Shown here: positions 46,026-54,397 of the stretch, piece by piece
How positions within the stretch are numbered: position 1 is the first letter of the stretch
How the letters are laid out: each line of letters starts with the position of its first letter
From: a virus
Taxonomy: Duplodnaviria; Caudoviricetes
Direction: 5' to 3' (one strand)
Length of the DNA: 64,000 bases
IMG/VR virus record: IMGVR_UViG_3300013713_000001
Span: 1 to 64,000 of that record
The notes under the pieces: model-generated
Seen by the model: only the letters and a program-made list of their open reading frames with translations
Databases searched by the model: none
What the model was told of the DNA's origin: nothing
Made by a program: the position numbers and the translations under genes

Positions 46026-46682
46026 ATGACTACGGTTATTGTTGATGAAAACACTCCGCTCATTCATCCGGAAAGTGGCGAGTTTCCTATTTTCCTTAGT
46101 GAGTTCTCTTCTCGGATGATCGGTTCCTTTCCGCCGGTCATTGAAGCATCGGTGCTTGAAGGCCTGGGGTACTTTCCAGTATCTCCCGGTGTAGTGCCTG
46201 AAGGTGACGTGGTTGAAGCGGGTCGTCCTGTTCTTGAAGACGGCGTCTGGACTCGCACCTACACCAGCCGTTCATTCTCGAAAGAAGAACTCAACCGTAA
46301 GTTGCAGTTGGCCAAGGCTGATCTTAACCGTCTGGTGGACGAACACTGTCAACGGGTCCTGGATGAAGGGTTCCCTCACACGTTTGGGAGCAAGGGCATC
46401 TACCATGTTCAGATCAACGAGTCTGGGCGTGCAACGATCTCTGACCTTCGGATGTTGGCACGCGAGTTCATTGACGCCGGTGAAGAAGGCGAGTTCACCT
46501 TCCGGGTCTACGAGAACCAGATGATGACGCTTTCTGCCAAAGAGATGGTCGCGCTGGGTCGTGAAGCCATCCTGAACCACCAGCTGGTAAAGAAGAAAAG
46601 CTGGGAGCTCAAGGAAGCTATCAGTGCCGCGCAAACAACTGAAGAGTTGCCAGACATCAACATCGCCTGGTTTTCTGCTTAA
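46026..46682 (+). CDS. Tail fibre assembly / chaperone protein (DUF4376-like), paralog of 38987
   Basis: TPLI...E.PI, GFP..FG....YHVQI, F.VYEN...L.AKEMVA, WELK.A. Confidence 0.75.
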   Translation: MTTVIVDENTPLIHPESGEFPIFLSEFSSRMIGSFPPVIEASVLEGLGYFPVSPGVVPEGDVVEAGRPVLEDGVWTRTYTSRSFSKEELNRKLQLAKADLNRLVDEHCQRVLDEGFPHTFGSKGIYHVQINESGRATISDLRMLAREFIDAGEEGEFTFRVYENQMMTLSAKEMVALGREAILNHQLVKKKSWELKEAISAAQTTEELPDINIAWFSA

Positions 46683-46685
46683 CGG

Positions 46686-46709
46686 TATGCCAGGGGAAAC
46701 CCTGGCGTA
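46686..46709 (+). terminator. GNRA-loop hairpin after chaperone 2
   Basis: TATGCCAGGG-GAAA-CCCTGGCGTA. Confidence 0.5.
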
Positions 46710-46727
46710 GACAACAGGTACTCTCCC

Positions 46728-49700
46728 ATGCTCGAAGCAATCAATATCGCCTCTGCAAAGGCTCAAGACGATCGTGAGTTGCCCTTTCCGAAAGGGACTC
46801 CTTATAAGGGCATCGTTCCTGCGAAGGGCTTTTTGACCGGTACTCAGTTGGCCTCCATGATTGGCCTGACCGACGGTACCGCAATTAACGACGATGCTGG
46901 CTGGCTGCACTACATTGAAGATTCTGGGCTTGAGCTGTATATCGCTAAAAAGCCCCTCCGGATAAACACCACGTGGGAACTTATCAACACGGCCCAGGGT
47001 GGTAACAAGAAGGTTGTAGAAGTAAACGGTGAACGTTATGTGGTCCGGTTCATCGCAGGTAACGCCGGTGCCTACGACTACGCGTGGGATCGGTACATTC
47101 TCGGCGTGTACAACAGTGCTGACCGAACAGGGTTCCCAGCCGGAGTTCCTTACTGGGGTGACTACACTGCCTCCATGCTCGGGGTAGCGGTCACGAATGA
47201 ATTGTCGGATGGCTCTCACACCATTTGTGCTGAGCCGGATACGAGTCGGGGCGGTTACGTCTGCCGGGGTAACGGGGGGAGTGCTGCTGTTCGCGGGGTT
47301 ACGGCTAACTGGTATCTTCCAGCCAACACCCGTTACAAGCACTACGGTTGGCGTCCAATGCTTGTAAAGGAATCTACCATTCCGTCGATCCCCTTTAAAG
47401 GTGAGGTAGAACAAAAGGACTTCATCACTGACATTGAACTCGCAGCGCAGCTGGGTGTAACGGGCGGTAGCCGGATCAACGCAGGTGTTCAGTGGCTCCA
47501 CTTTGTGTTCGATAAGGGACCGGAACTCTATGTCGCTAAAAAGTCGATGCGGAGTAACCTGACCTGGGAGTTTTACAATAACCTGGGACTGGCTCTTGGT
47601 AAGCGGCTTATCCAAATTGGGGATCGATACTTTAAAGTACGGTTCATCCTGGGGGCGGACAAGGAGCCTGCTAACGCCACGCTTGGACGAGAGTGGATGC
47701 AGCTTTTCCCGCCCCTTACTAATGGAACTTGGGCAAACTACCTTTACAGTGATCTTGGCGTAGGGACCGGTACCAGCAATGGTGAACTGGCCATGTTCCA
47801 AGAGATCTCCATGAGGTCGGATAAGGCCCACGCTGCGGGACCCTATTCAGGAACCTCGAACCTCTGGTACCAACCGGCAGGGGCTACCAACGGTGGATAC
47901 GGCTGGCGTCCGGTACTGGAGCTCGTAAAGGATCTTCCGGTCTATCCAGATTCCGGTCCTGGTCCTAAAGTGTTGATGTCTGGGACTGAAGACCTGGGTT
48001 ACTTCGGACAGGTCACTGCCACTGAGTTGTTTGGCGCAAAGGACTTCTTGACGAGGGCTGCCATTGCGGGAACTACTCTTGTAGCAAGCGCTAACACCCA
48101 GGTCTACACCTGGCTGAAGTTCTTCTTCAAGAGGAAAGTCATCTATATTGCGAAGATTCCGTTTGCCTCTGGGCTCACCTGGGAGAACGCATATAAGGCG
48201 GGCTTGGTGTACGGTGAGCGCGGAACCGGACTCTTCCCGGTCGCTGGATCCCCTACTGATCAGTACCGGCCCATGACAAAACAAGATAATGGGAAAACCT
48301 GTTACCTTGTTCCCCGCCTTATCCATGGACTTGCCATGGACAACTATGCCTCGAAAGATGACGACCAATACGCAGGAAGTGAATGGACTGAGCTGCTGGG
48401 CCGAACGGTTATCGAAGCGAACCGACCAATCACCGAGAAGTGGGATAACTTCTTTATGGTGGATATTGGGTCCGGTGGATCAGAGTATACCCTTGGGCTG
48501 GAAACGAATAGAAATAACCTCAATACTGCGGTTTACATGACCGACCCCAACAGTGTTGTAAACCGGTTCACCCACCGTGACAGTGTGTCAAAAACACAAA
48601 ACAACCTCTACTACCGCCCAGTGCTTGAACTTGTTGACCTCGCTGCAGCCAGATCCATCCCTGGACTTGAAAAGGTCATGGACATGCCAGTAGCGCTGTC
48701 GAACCTTGCGGCGGGCGCGTCTGGGGTTAGTCTATGGACGTATGGCGGACAGGGTGTTTCGGCCCTTAGTGGCGACAGGTACCGTTTTGACCTCGAGAAG
48801 TATACAAGTATTAAGGGGACTTACGGCGTATACGGATGGGGAGGTAGCTGCTGGCTATCCGGCCTATGGATGCTGGGAGGGACCGACGGGACCTACAAGA
48901 ACACCCTTTACAAACTCGACACCAGTTCAGGGTCTCGATCGGCCACAGGGAAAGCGCTTCCTGGACCTGTGCGGGGTCAAGTAGCAATGGCAACGATTGA
49001 TAACTACAACTTCCACGCGGTAGGAGGGATCGACACCACAACTGGTAAAACAACCGCGTTGCACTACCGTTATCGGATTGTTCTTGATTACTGGACCCAG
49101 TTGGCAGATCTCCCGCAGCCAATGACCGGGCATTCGGCAGGTTGCTACAATGGCAAGTTCTACGTGGGGGGTGGCTGGAATGAGACTGCCGGTAACCTTG
49201 CTGAGATCTACGAGTACACCCCATCAACCAACAGCTGGGCTGAGATCACCAAGTGTCCGGCAAAGACTGCATGGGTTGGCGGCGGGATCTTCAAGAACTT
49301 CTTTGTGCTTGGCGCAAACGAGAACGGTCGTTTGGTTCTCCATGTCTACGATATCGATGCCCAGAAGTGGGGACGTGTCTACACGACGGCACCGGCCCGG
49401 TGGGGTGCGATGTTTGCACCAGAGACAGCGTCGATGCTTATTGTCGGGGGTTGCGCTAACGGCAACGTAGGGACTGACGAGTACCTTGCAGCGCCTCGCT
49501 TCACGGATATCCTCCGGTTCAGCACACTGGATATCCCAGTAGAAGAACTTGGCCCAAGGATGGTAAACGCGGAGCGTGACGGGGTGTTTAACTACATTCC
49601 TGAAACCGATCGAGACCTTGTTACCGGCACCGTGATTTCCACGCTTGCTGGTGGGGCCATAAAGGATACCACACGGCTTATCGACGGGAAGCCCTCCCTT

Positions 49701-50768
49701 CGCTTGGCTAACGGCGCCTCAGAAGTATCACTTAAGCCTGCCGGCGGTATCTCACTTGATGATTACCTTGAGTGGACGCTTGAGTGGACAAGTCTTCCAG
49801 AGACTATCGCAAATGGCAGCTTCAAGAACGAACTGATGATCCGGGGCAGTTCAATGCTCATGGGGACTCGTTGGACCAATACTGCGCTTGGTGACTGCCT
49901 GCAAATTTCCTTTGCAAACTTTGATGCACTTGATTCCTGGAGGGTTCCATTAGTCAAAACTGATGCTGTTGGGAAGGTGCTGAAACACGCACTTGTGTTC
50001 AAGAACAACCGTATCAGCTACTTCCTTAACGGGACGAAACAAACCTTGCAAAACCGTTCTCCAGGAGACAGCAACGCAATCTCTCGGGACTATATCGAAA
50101 AAGTAAGTCCCTTTGGAAAAGTGACCAACTTCTCCTTGGGCTACTTTAGCGATACCTATACCTCCTACACCGGTAACTTCGGGGCGGTACGGTTTGTTCC
50201 AGTAGCCTTGTACTCCAAAGACTACGTCGCACCGGGCATTTATGAACGTGGGTTGGTAACTGATGACGGTAAGTTTTACAAACGTGCGCACCCTGTCTTT
50301 ACCGGTAATGTGACCGATGGGTATCAGGCGACGGCAACATCTGCGTATGACAACGATATCTATGCAGGATTCCGGGCTCTTGACTTTAAGCCACAAAATA
50401 CTGATTCTGTCGTTGTTAATAACCATCCGAGGTCAGTGTGGCTTGCAAGTTCGCCGGCGCTACCTCAGATGCTATCCCTGAGTATGCCAGAAGCTAAGCG
50501 CATCACGGGTCTTGTGCTGCGAGCTTACACGACCCCAGCCATTGGTGGCGGTGTAGTACAGTTTGACATCGAGACTTCGGTGGACGGAGTCACCTGGACA
50601 AAGGTTTACAGCAGTCCAGCACGGTCTAACACCAGTGTGGCTGATGACATTTACAGGGACGTGTTTGATGTAACCACGCGTTATATCCGTATGAAAGTAA
50701 ACACAACACAAGGATCGGCGTACAACGCTAGTGTGTTTGACATGTTCTTCCTTGAAAGAGGAGTGTAA
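46728..50768 (+). CDS. Multidomain virion protein: three gp131-like domains, a Kelch propeller, a LamG-like domain and an F5/8 (discoidin)-like domain
   Basis: Three units ending in (W/Y)RP(M/V)L; Kelch blades (YGG, LGG..G, VGG...Y...W..LADLP.P..GHSA...NGKFYVGGG); KHALVFKNNRISYFLNG; C-terminal ATATS.Y..AFRA.D..W...F.IETSVDG.TWT...RYIRM. Confidence 0.8.
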   Translation: MLEAINIASAKAQDDRELPFPKGTPYKGIVPAKGFLTGTQLASMIGLTDGTAINDDAGWLHYIEDSGLELYIAKKPLRINTTWELINTAQGGNKKVVEVNGERYVVRFIAGNAGAYDYAWDRYILGVYNSADRTGFPAGVPYWGDYTASMLGVAVTNELSDGSHTICAEPDTSRGGYVCRGNGGSAAVRGVTANWYLPANTRYKHYGWRPMLVKESTIPSIPFKGEVEQKDFITDIELAAQLGVTGGSRINAGVQWLHFVFDKGPELYVAKKSMRSNLTWEFYNNLGLALGKRLIQIGDRYFKVRFILGADKEPANATLGREWMQLFPPLTNGTWANYLYSDLGVGTGTSNGELAMFQEISMRSDKAHAAGPYSGTSNLWYQPAGATNGGYGWRPVLELVKDLPVYPDSGPGPKVLMSGTEDLGYFGQVTATELFGAKDFLTRAAIAGTTLVASANTQVYTWLKFFFKRKVIYIAKIPFASGLTWENAYKAGLVYGERGTGLFPVAGSPTDQYRPMTKQDNGKTCYLVPRLIHGLAMDNYASKDDDQYAGSEWTELLGRTVIEANRPITEKWDNFFMVDIGSGGSEYTLGLETNRNNLNTAVYMTDPNSVVNRFTHRDSVSKTQNNLYYRPVLELVDLAAARSIPGLEKVMDMPVALSNLAAGASGVSLWTYGGQGVSALSGDRYRFDLEKYTSIKGTYGVYGWGGSCWLSGLWMLGGTDGTYKNTLYKLDTSSGSRSATGKALPGPVRGQVAMATIDNYNFHAVGGIDTTTGKTTALHYRYRIVLDYWTQLADLPQPMTGHSAGCYNGKFYVGGGWNETAGNLAEIYEYTPSTNSWAEITKCPAKTAWVGGGIFKNFFVLGANENGRLVLHVYDIDAQKWGRVYTTAPARWGAMFAPETASMLIVGGCANGNVGTDEYLAAPRFTDILRFSTLDIPVEELGPRMVNAERDGVFNYIPETDRDLVTGTVISTLAGGAIKDTTRLIDGKPSLRLANGASEVSLKPAGGISLDDYLEWTLEWTSLPETIANGSFKNELMIRGSSMLMGTRWTNTALGDCLQISFANFDALDSWRVPLVKTDAVGKVLKHALVFKNNRISYFLNGTKQTLQNRSPGDSNAISRDYIEKVSPFGKVTNFSLGYFSDTYTSYTGNFGAVRFVPVALYSKDYVAPGIYERGLVTDDGKFYKRAHPVFTGNVTDGYQATATSAYDNDIYAGFRALDFKPQNTDSVVVNNHPRSVWLASSPALPQMLSLSMPEAKRITGLVLRAYTTPAIGGGVVQFDIETSVDGVTWTKVYSSPARSNTSVADDIYRDVFDVTTRYIRMKVNTTQGSAYNASVFDMFFLERGV

Positions 50769-50893
50769 CTAACTAAGCTGTGCTCGGCGGGGACCTTCCG
50801 CCGGGCCGCTTAACACCTGGACTCCAAAAGAGAAAGCAGGAGGTTACTGAAACAAAGGCCTATTACTAAATTTCGATTTGAGGATGGACTCCT

Positions 50894-51268
50894 ATGGATA
50901 AACCTATCGACCCGTTTGATTTCAACAAACCCCCCTTCATGAGCTTGATGCTACCCCTTACGGAGCCAGGGGTAAACGGACCATTGCAAGTGGTTCACGA
51001 GCGTTTGAATATCCTGAAAAACATGATTCACGGGGGAGTAGGTCCTTCTCTCCATTTTATTGGGACACTGCCTAATCGAAATGCCTTAGACGGTATCGAT
51101 ACCACCTCCCTTCCAGAGAACAGTGCTTACTTTGTAGGTCCTGCTATCGCGGTATGGAACAAAGAGGAATGGGTTGTGTCCGACTCCCTTCAGGGACCCC
51201 CCGGGGATGGCGCTAGTGATGGTGATGATTCTGACTTGCTTCTTATCTATCAAACAGCCAAAGGGTAA
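50894..51268 (+). CDS. Mini-fibre/adaptor: fibre-type N-terminal module plus a C-terminal DxDLxxxYxxAK motif
   Basis: 124 aa; NGPLQVVHERLNILK and GTLP...AL..I.T..L...SAYFV...VWN..EW..S.SL.G match the N-termini of both fibres; ends DSDLLLIYQTAKG. Confidence 0.75.
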   Translation: MDKPIDPFDFNKPPFMSLMLPLTEPGVNGPLQVVHERLNILKNMIHGGVGPSLHFIGTLPNRNALDGIDTTSLPENSAYFVGPAIAVWNKEEWVVSDSLQGPPGDGASDGDDSDLLLIYQTAKG

Positions 51269-51274
51269 CACATC

Positions 51275-51862
51275 ATGTCTTCTGCCAATCTGATCCTGCT
51301 TGCTGGTGCCATCGGTGCCGACGTCAAACTGCTGCGCCAGGTCCAAGGTGATCTGACCAAGCTCCCCACCACCGCCAAAGACAACCTGGTCAATGCGCTC
51401 ATCGAGCTGCACGCCCTGGCCAGCGCTCCGAAAGGCGCCCAGATCGATGACACCGCTACCAACGGCGACGTCGATGTCACCTGGTCCGCCGACAAGATCT
51501 TCGACTCCATCGCTCAGGCCATCGTCACCGCCAAAAGCGAAACCAAGAACGAACTGCTCGACGGCGCCGGCGCGGCCTACGACACCTTCAAGGAACTCCA
51601 GGACCTCCTGGTTGGCCAAGAAGATGCCGTCTCCGCTCTGACCACCGCTGTCGGCAACCGCGTTCGCTTCGACCAGGCGCAAGTCCTGACCGACGAGCAG
51701 AAAGGCATCGCGCGTTCGAACATCGGTGCGGCCAGCACTCAGGACGTTACCAACGTCACTGCTCAGATCACCACCGTGAGCGACAACCTCGCTGCCCTGG
51801 TCGACTCCCTGGGTGACGTCGACGCCGACCTGGTCGCTGCCTACAACGCTGCCAAGGCGTAA
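51275..51862 (+). CDS. Short trimeric fibre-like protein, probably high copy
   Basis: 195 aa; fibre motifs GDLT.LPTTAK.NLV.AL.EL, TWSA.KI, LLDGA..AYDT.KEL and AQ.LT..QK..AR.NIGA; strongly C-ending codons. Confidence 0.8.
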   Translation: MSSANLILLAGAIGADVKLLRQVQGDLTKLPTTAKDNLVNALIELHALASAPKGAQIDDTATNGDVDVTWSADKIFDSIAQAIVTAKSETKNELLDGAGAAYDTFKELQDLLVGQEDAVSALTTAVGNRVRFDQAQVLTDEQKGIARSNIGAASTQDVTNVTAQITTVSDNLAALVDSLGDVDADLVAAYNAAKA

Positions 51863-51865
51863 TAG

Positions 51866-52042
51866 GTGAGCTCGAGCGCCAGAGCAGTTGCACTGGCTGA
51901 GGCCGTAGGGGTGGATATCAAAGACCTCACTGCGCAACTGCAGGCGAGCAACCAGCAAATCACCGATCTTCAAGACGCCCTGGTCCAGGCAAACGCCAAG
52001 ATCAAGGAACTGACGGAACGATTGGACGCAATGACCAACTAG
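51866..52042 (+). CDS. 58-aa coiled-coil protein sharing its N-terminal motif with the upstream gene (missed by the ORF track)
   Basis: GTG after TAA TAG: MSSSARAVALAEAVGVDIKDLTAQLQASNQQITDLQDALVQANAKIKELTERLDAMTN; AAGG upstream. Confidence 0.7.
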   Translation: MSSSARAVALAEAVGVDIKDLTAQLQASNQQITDLQDALVQANAKIKELTERLDAMTN

Positions 52043-52070
52043 CCCCTTGGTCAAAGCAAAAAAAAAGTAG

Positions 52071-52113
52071 TAGCTAACCCTACCCAGCCTTTCAGGGCTG
52101 GGTAGGGTTATGT
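52071..52113. terminator. Bidirectional hairpin; near-identical to 30514
   Basis: TAGCTAACCCTACCCAGCC-TTTCAG-GGCTGGGTAGGGTTATGT, preceded by A9. Confidence 0.85.
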
Positions 52114-52120
52114 TCGCAAC

Positions 52121-52789
52121 TTAGAGTTTTTCCCGAATGACCCGGTAGAACACGATCTCAAAATCGCGGGCTGAGTAATCGTAGCATTTATCTGGAATAG
52201 AAGGGTCCCTGGAATATTTGTTAGGATACCACTCAATACGATCAGTGGCTTCTTTCCTGAAGTGCTTATTAGCCGCCCTCTCGGACGCTGCGTGGTAGGT
52301 ATTTTCAATCGGGTAGAAGGGTAAGGCATTGCGATACCAGGTAATCCACTCCCCAGAGATCGCGTAGCGGTTACCGTGGGGGGTATGTGTCACCAGCAGC
52401 ACTTCAGGTTCAGGAATCTTGGATGCGTTCAACTGATCGCAGTATGTCTGAAGAACGCTGATCGCACCGCGGAACCCGGCCATAGGGTCCATGGAGCTGT
52501 CTAGCCTAATAGTTCTCGTCAAGACCTGGAGATCCTCTACAGTCCCTCCTTTATTGGGTCCCAGTCGTAGCCCTACAAAGATCGACGAACCATGCGAGGA
52601 AATACGGAACCCGCCTACCTCAACAATAGAGTCGATAGTGACTGCGACGCGTTCAGCGATAGGTTCGTAGAGCTCCTTATGGCGCTTGTGCAGTTCCAGC
52701 AGTAACCCAAGGAACTCATCGAACTTGTCGTACAGTTCCTTCGGTGGTTCAAGATAGCGTGGTGTTGGGATATTTCCTTCCAGAGACAT
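52121..52789 (-). CDS. Hypothetical early protein
   Basis: 222 aa; 1 nt after the upstream stop. Confidence 0.65.
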   Translation of the reverse strand: MSLEGNIPTPRYLEPPKELYDKFDEFLGLLLELHKRHKELYEPIAERVAVTIDSIVEVGGFRISSHGSSIFVGLRLGPNKGGTVEDLQVLTRTIRLDSSMDPMAGFRGAISVLQTYCDQLNASKIPEPEVLLVTHTPHGNRYAISGEWITWYRNALPFYPIENTYHAASERAANKHFRKEATDRIEWYPNKYSRDPSIPDKCYDYSARDFEIVFYRVIREKL

Positions 52790-52790
52790 G

Positions 52791-53180
52791 TTAAACGTTC
52801 TCCCCTTCGCTCTGTTGAGTGTTTTTCTCTAACCAGTAGTCTCGGTAGGCTACGGTTACGATCATGCGCCGTAGCGCCGTTTTGATGTGGTCAATGCGCT
52901 TCTTCTTCTCCATCGCCACACGGGGAGAGAGATCAAGGGTCACCTTGCGGTTACCATCTACGGTGGTGACCTTTAGTCCTCCGACATAATCCTTAGCCGG
53001 AAGGGTCATGACTTGGAAATGCAACTCGTCTCCAGTACGAGTCACGTTAACTTGATAGCTCTTGGGCCAATAGATGTCTGACCTGTACTCGCACTTGTCC
53101 AGGAACAGACCCAAAGCTTCAACCGTCTCAGCGGCCGACAGTTGAGGGTAACCTACTTTGTCTACTGCTTGCATGTGCAA
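52791..53180 (-). CDS. Hypothetical early protein
   Basis: 129 aa; AAGGA upstream. Confidence 0.6.
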   Translation of the reverse strand: MHMQAVDKVGYPQLSAAETVEALGLFLDKCEYRSDIYWPKSYQVNVTRTGDELHFQVMTLPAKDYVGGLKVTTVDGNRKVTLDLSPRVAMEKKKRIDHIKTALRRMIVTVAYRDYWLEKNTQQSEGENV

Positions 53181-53191
53181 ATCCTTATTGC

Positions 53192-53497
53192 TTAGATAAC
53201 ACGAAAAGAGAAGAGATGGGTCAGGAAGCCAAAGATCCGGGACTCAAGCGAAGGAGGCTCAACCAGCACTACTCGCAAATCCGAAACAAGGGTCGCGCAA
53301 AACTTAAGCCGTAGCTTGTTGAACGCGATACAGTTCTTTAAGGCCATGGCCTTAAAGCAACTAACAGGATGAAGCCTATCTGCAAGCTCCTTCTCCAGGA
53401 TACGAATGTTACTGTTGTACCTCAGGATATCCCTTCGTAACTGCTCTACCAGCTTTGAACAACTCTCTGCTTCTTCTTCAGACATTAACACCAACAT
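53192..53497 (-). CDS. Hypothetical early protein
   Basis: 101 aa; first gene after the promoter at 53554. Confidence 0.55.
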   Translation of the reverse strand: MLVLMSEEEAESCSKLVEQLRRDILRYNSNIRILEKELADRLHPVSCFKAMALKNCIAFNKLRLKFCATLVSDLRVVLVEPPSLESRIFGFLTHLFSFRVI

Positions 53498-53553
53498 GCT
53501 ACTTACCTATTGTTAATTATTAAGCGCCCATCACCGGGACGATTATCCAGCCA

Positions 53554-53561
53554 GTAATATA
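53554..53561 (-). promoter_or_regulatory. Early promoter TATATTAC
   Basis: Plus strand GTAATATAG, intergenic, just downstream of a terminator. Confidence 0.7.
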
Positions 53562-53591
53562 GATACGTAATTCGGTTCAATAAAAATGAAT

Positions 53592-53621
53592 GCCCTACTA
53601 GCCCGTGAAGGCTAGTAGGGT
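53592..53621 (-). terminator. Intrinsic terminator (CCCTAC family)
   Basis: GCCCTACTAGCC-CGTGAA-GGCTAGTAGGGT. Confidence 0.8.
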
Positions 53622-53633
53622 TAATTCGTCAAG

Positions 53634-53831
53634 TTATTTTGCCACGTAGGTCGGCTTGGGGAGTCCAAGGAAATGGTTCTCGATGGCTTGTTCCAGCCAG
53701 TCACGATGACCTTGCTCCCCGTGAGCGATAGAGCCGAACAGTTCAGTGATCCGGCTCAATGCTTCCTTTGTCTCCTGGCAATCACTGCGATCGATCAGGA
53801 CCTGCAAATGGTCTTTCAGTGCTGTAGACAT
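53634..53831 (-). CDS. Small hypothetical protein
   Basis: ATG 53831 (MSTALKDH) after GAGGA. Confidence 0.6.
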   Translation of the reverse strand: MSTALKDHLQVLIDRSDCQETKEALSRITELFGSIAHGEQGHRDWLEQAIENHFLGLPKPTYVAK

Positions 53832-53866
53832 TGTGCTTCCTCGAGCTAAGGGTGTCCTTAGTATGC

Positions 53867-54070
53867 TTAGAGGAACGGAAACGACAACGCCATGCCAAGC
53901 ACGACACAACCAAGAGGCCCGAGTCGTGTAACCACCACAGCGAACAGGTAACCGATAAGGAACAGGAAGGGTCCGCGTGACCCTGACTGAATACCGAGTA
54001 CCAGTATGAAGATCACCGACACTATCACGACAGCTTGCGTCAATCGAGTCTTGGCGGCTTCAGTAATCAT
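53867..54070 (-). CDS. Small membrane protein (2-3 hydrophobic segments)
   Basis: AVVIVSVIFILVLGI, PFLFLIGYLFAVVV, GCVVLGMALSFPFL; ATGA-coupled. Confidence 0.6.
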   Translation of the reverse strand: MITEAAKTRLTQAVVIVSVIFILVLGIQSGSRGPFLFLIGYLFAVVVTRLGPLGCVVLGMALSFPFL

Positions 54071-54387
54071 TTGTCTTCGATTACTCCGCGCAGGTCGGTC
54101 GGGACTTCACCGAACTCTGGCAGCGGGACGCCCGGACGACGGTGAGTCGGGATCCGCATGTCCGTCAGGTAGCCTTCGATCTCTTCCCGGTCACTGACTA
54201 CCATGAAGGGATCGTTGGTGTGACCCTGGTTATTCACGAGGGTGCAGCGATCTTCGAAAGATAACTTTTCCAGATCGAGCTTTTCCCGCGGGTTAAAGAA
54301 GAACCCAGGCAGTGCACTGAGCTCATTGTTCGTTCGTCTTGCCATATCCTTTATTTTGAAACCTAACGTAGAAATGATACTTGCCAT
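54067..54387 (-). CDS. Hypothetical protein
   Basis: ATG 54387 after AAGGAG. Confidence 0.6.
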   Translation of the reverse strand: MASIISTLGFKIKDMARRTNNELSALPGFFFNPREKLDLEKLSFEDRCTLVNNQGHTNDPFMVVSDREEIEGYLTDMRIPTHRRPGVPLPEFGEVPTDLRGVIEDK

Positions 54388-54397
54388 ACAGGACTCC

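Noticed and set aside
46272-47831. 519-aa antisense ORF (also 2145..3233, 4083..5204, 23693..24871, 44952..46067, 51086..52054, 59269..60192)
   Set aside because: They lie opposite well-supported genes with biased codons, which suppresses antisense stops; no motifs or start signals seen.
50775-50893. Structured ncRNA in the intergenic gap
   Set aside because: Only one modest hairpin is visible, which a terminator or stabiliser explains.
11446-50896. TATG at many start codons as late promoters
   Set aside because: A 4-bp motif containing ATG is expected at starts by chance and cannot be called without start-site data.
51860-51868. Stop-codon reassignment or read-through fusing genes B and C
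   Set aside because: Two different consecutive stops, and TAA, TAG and TGA all end genes normally elsewhere in the window.
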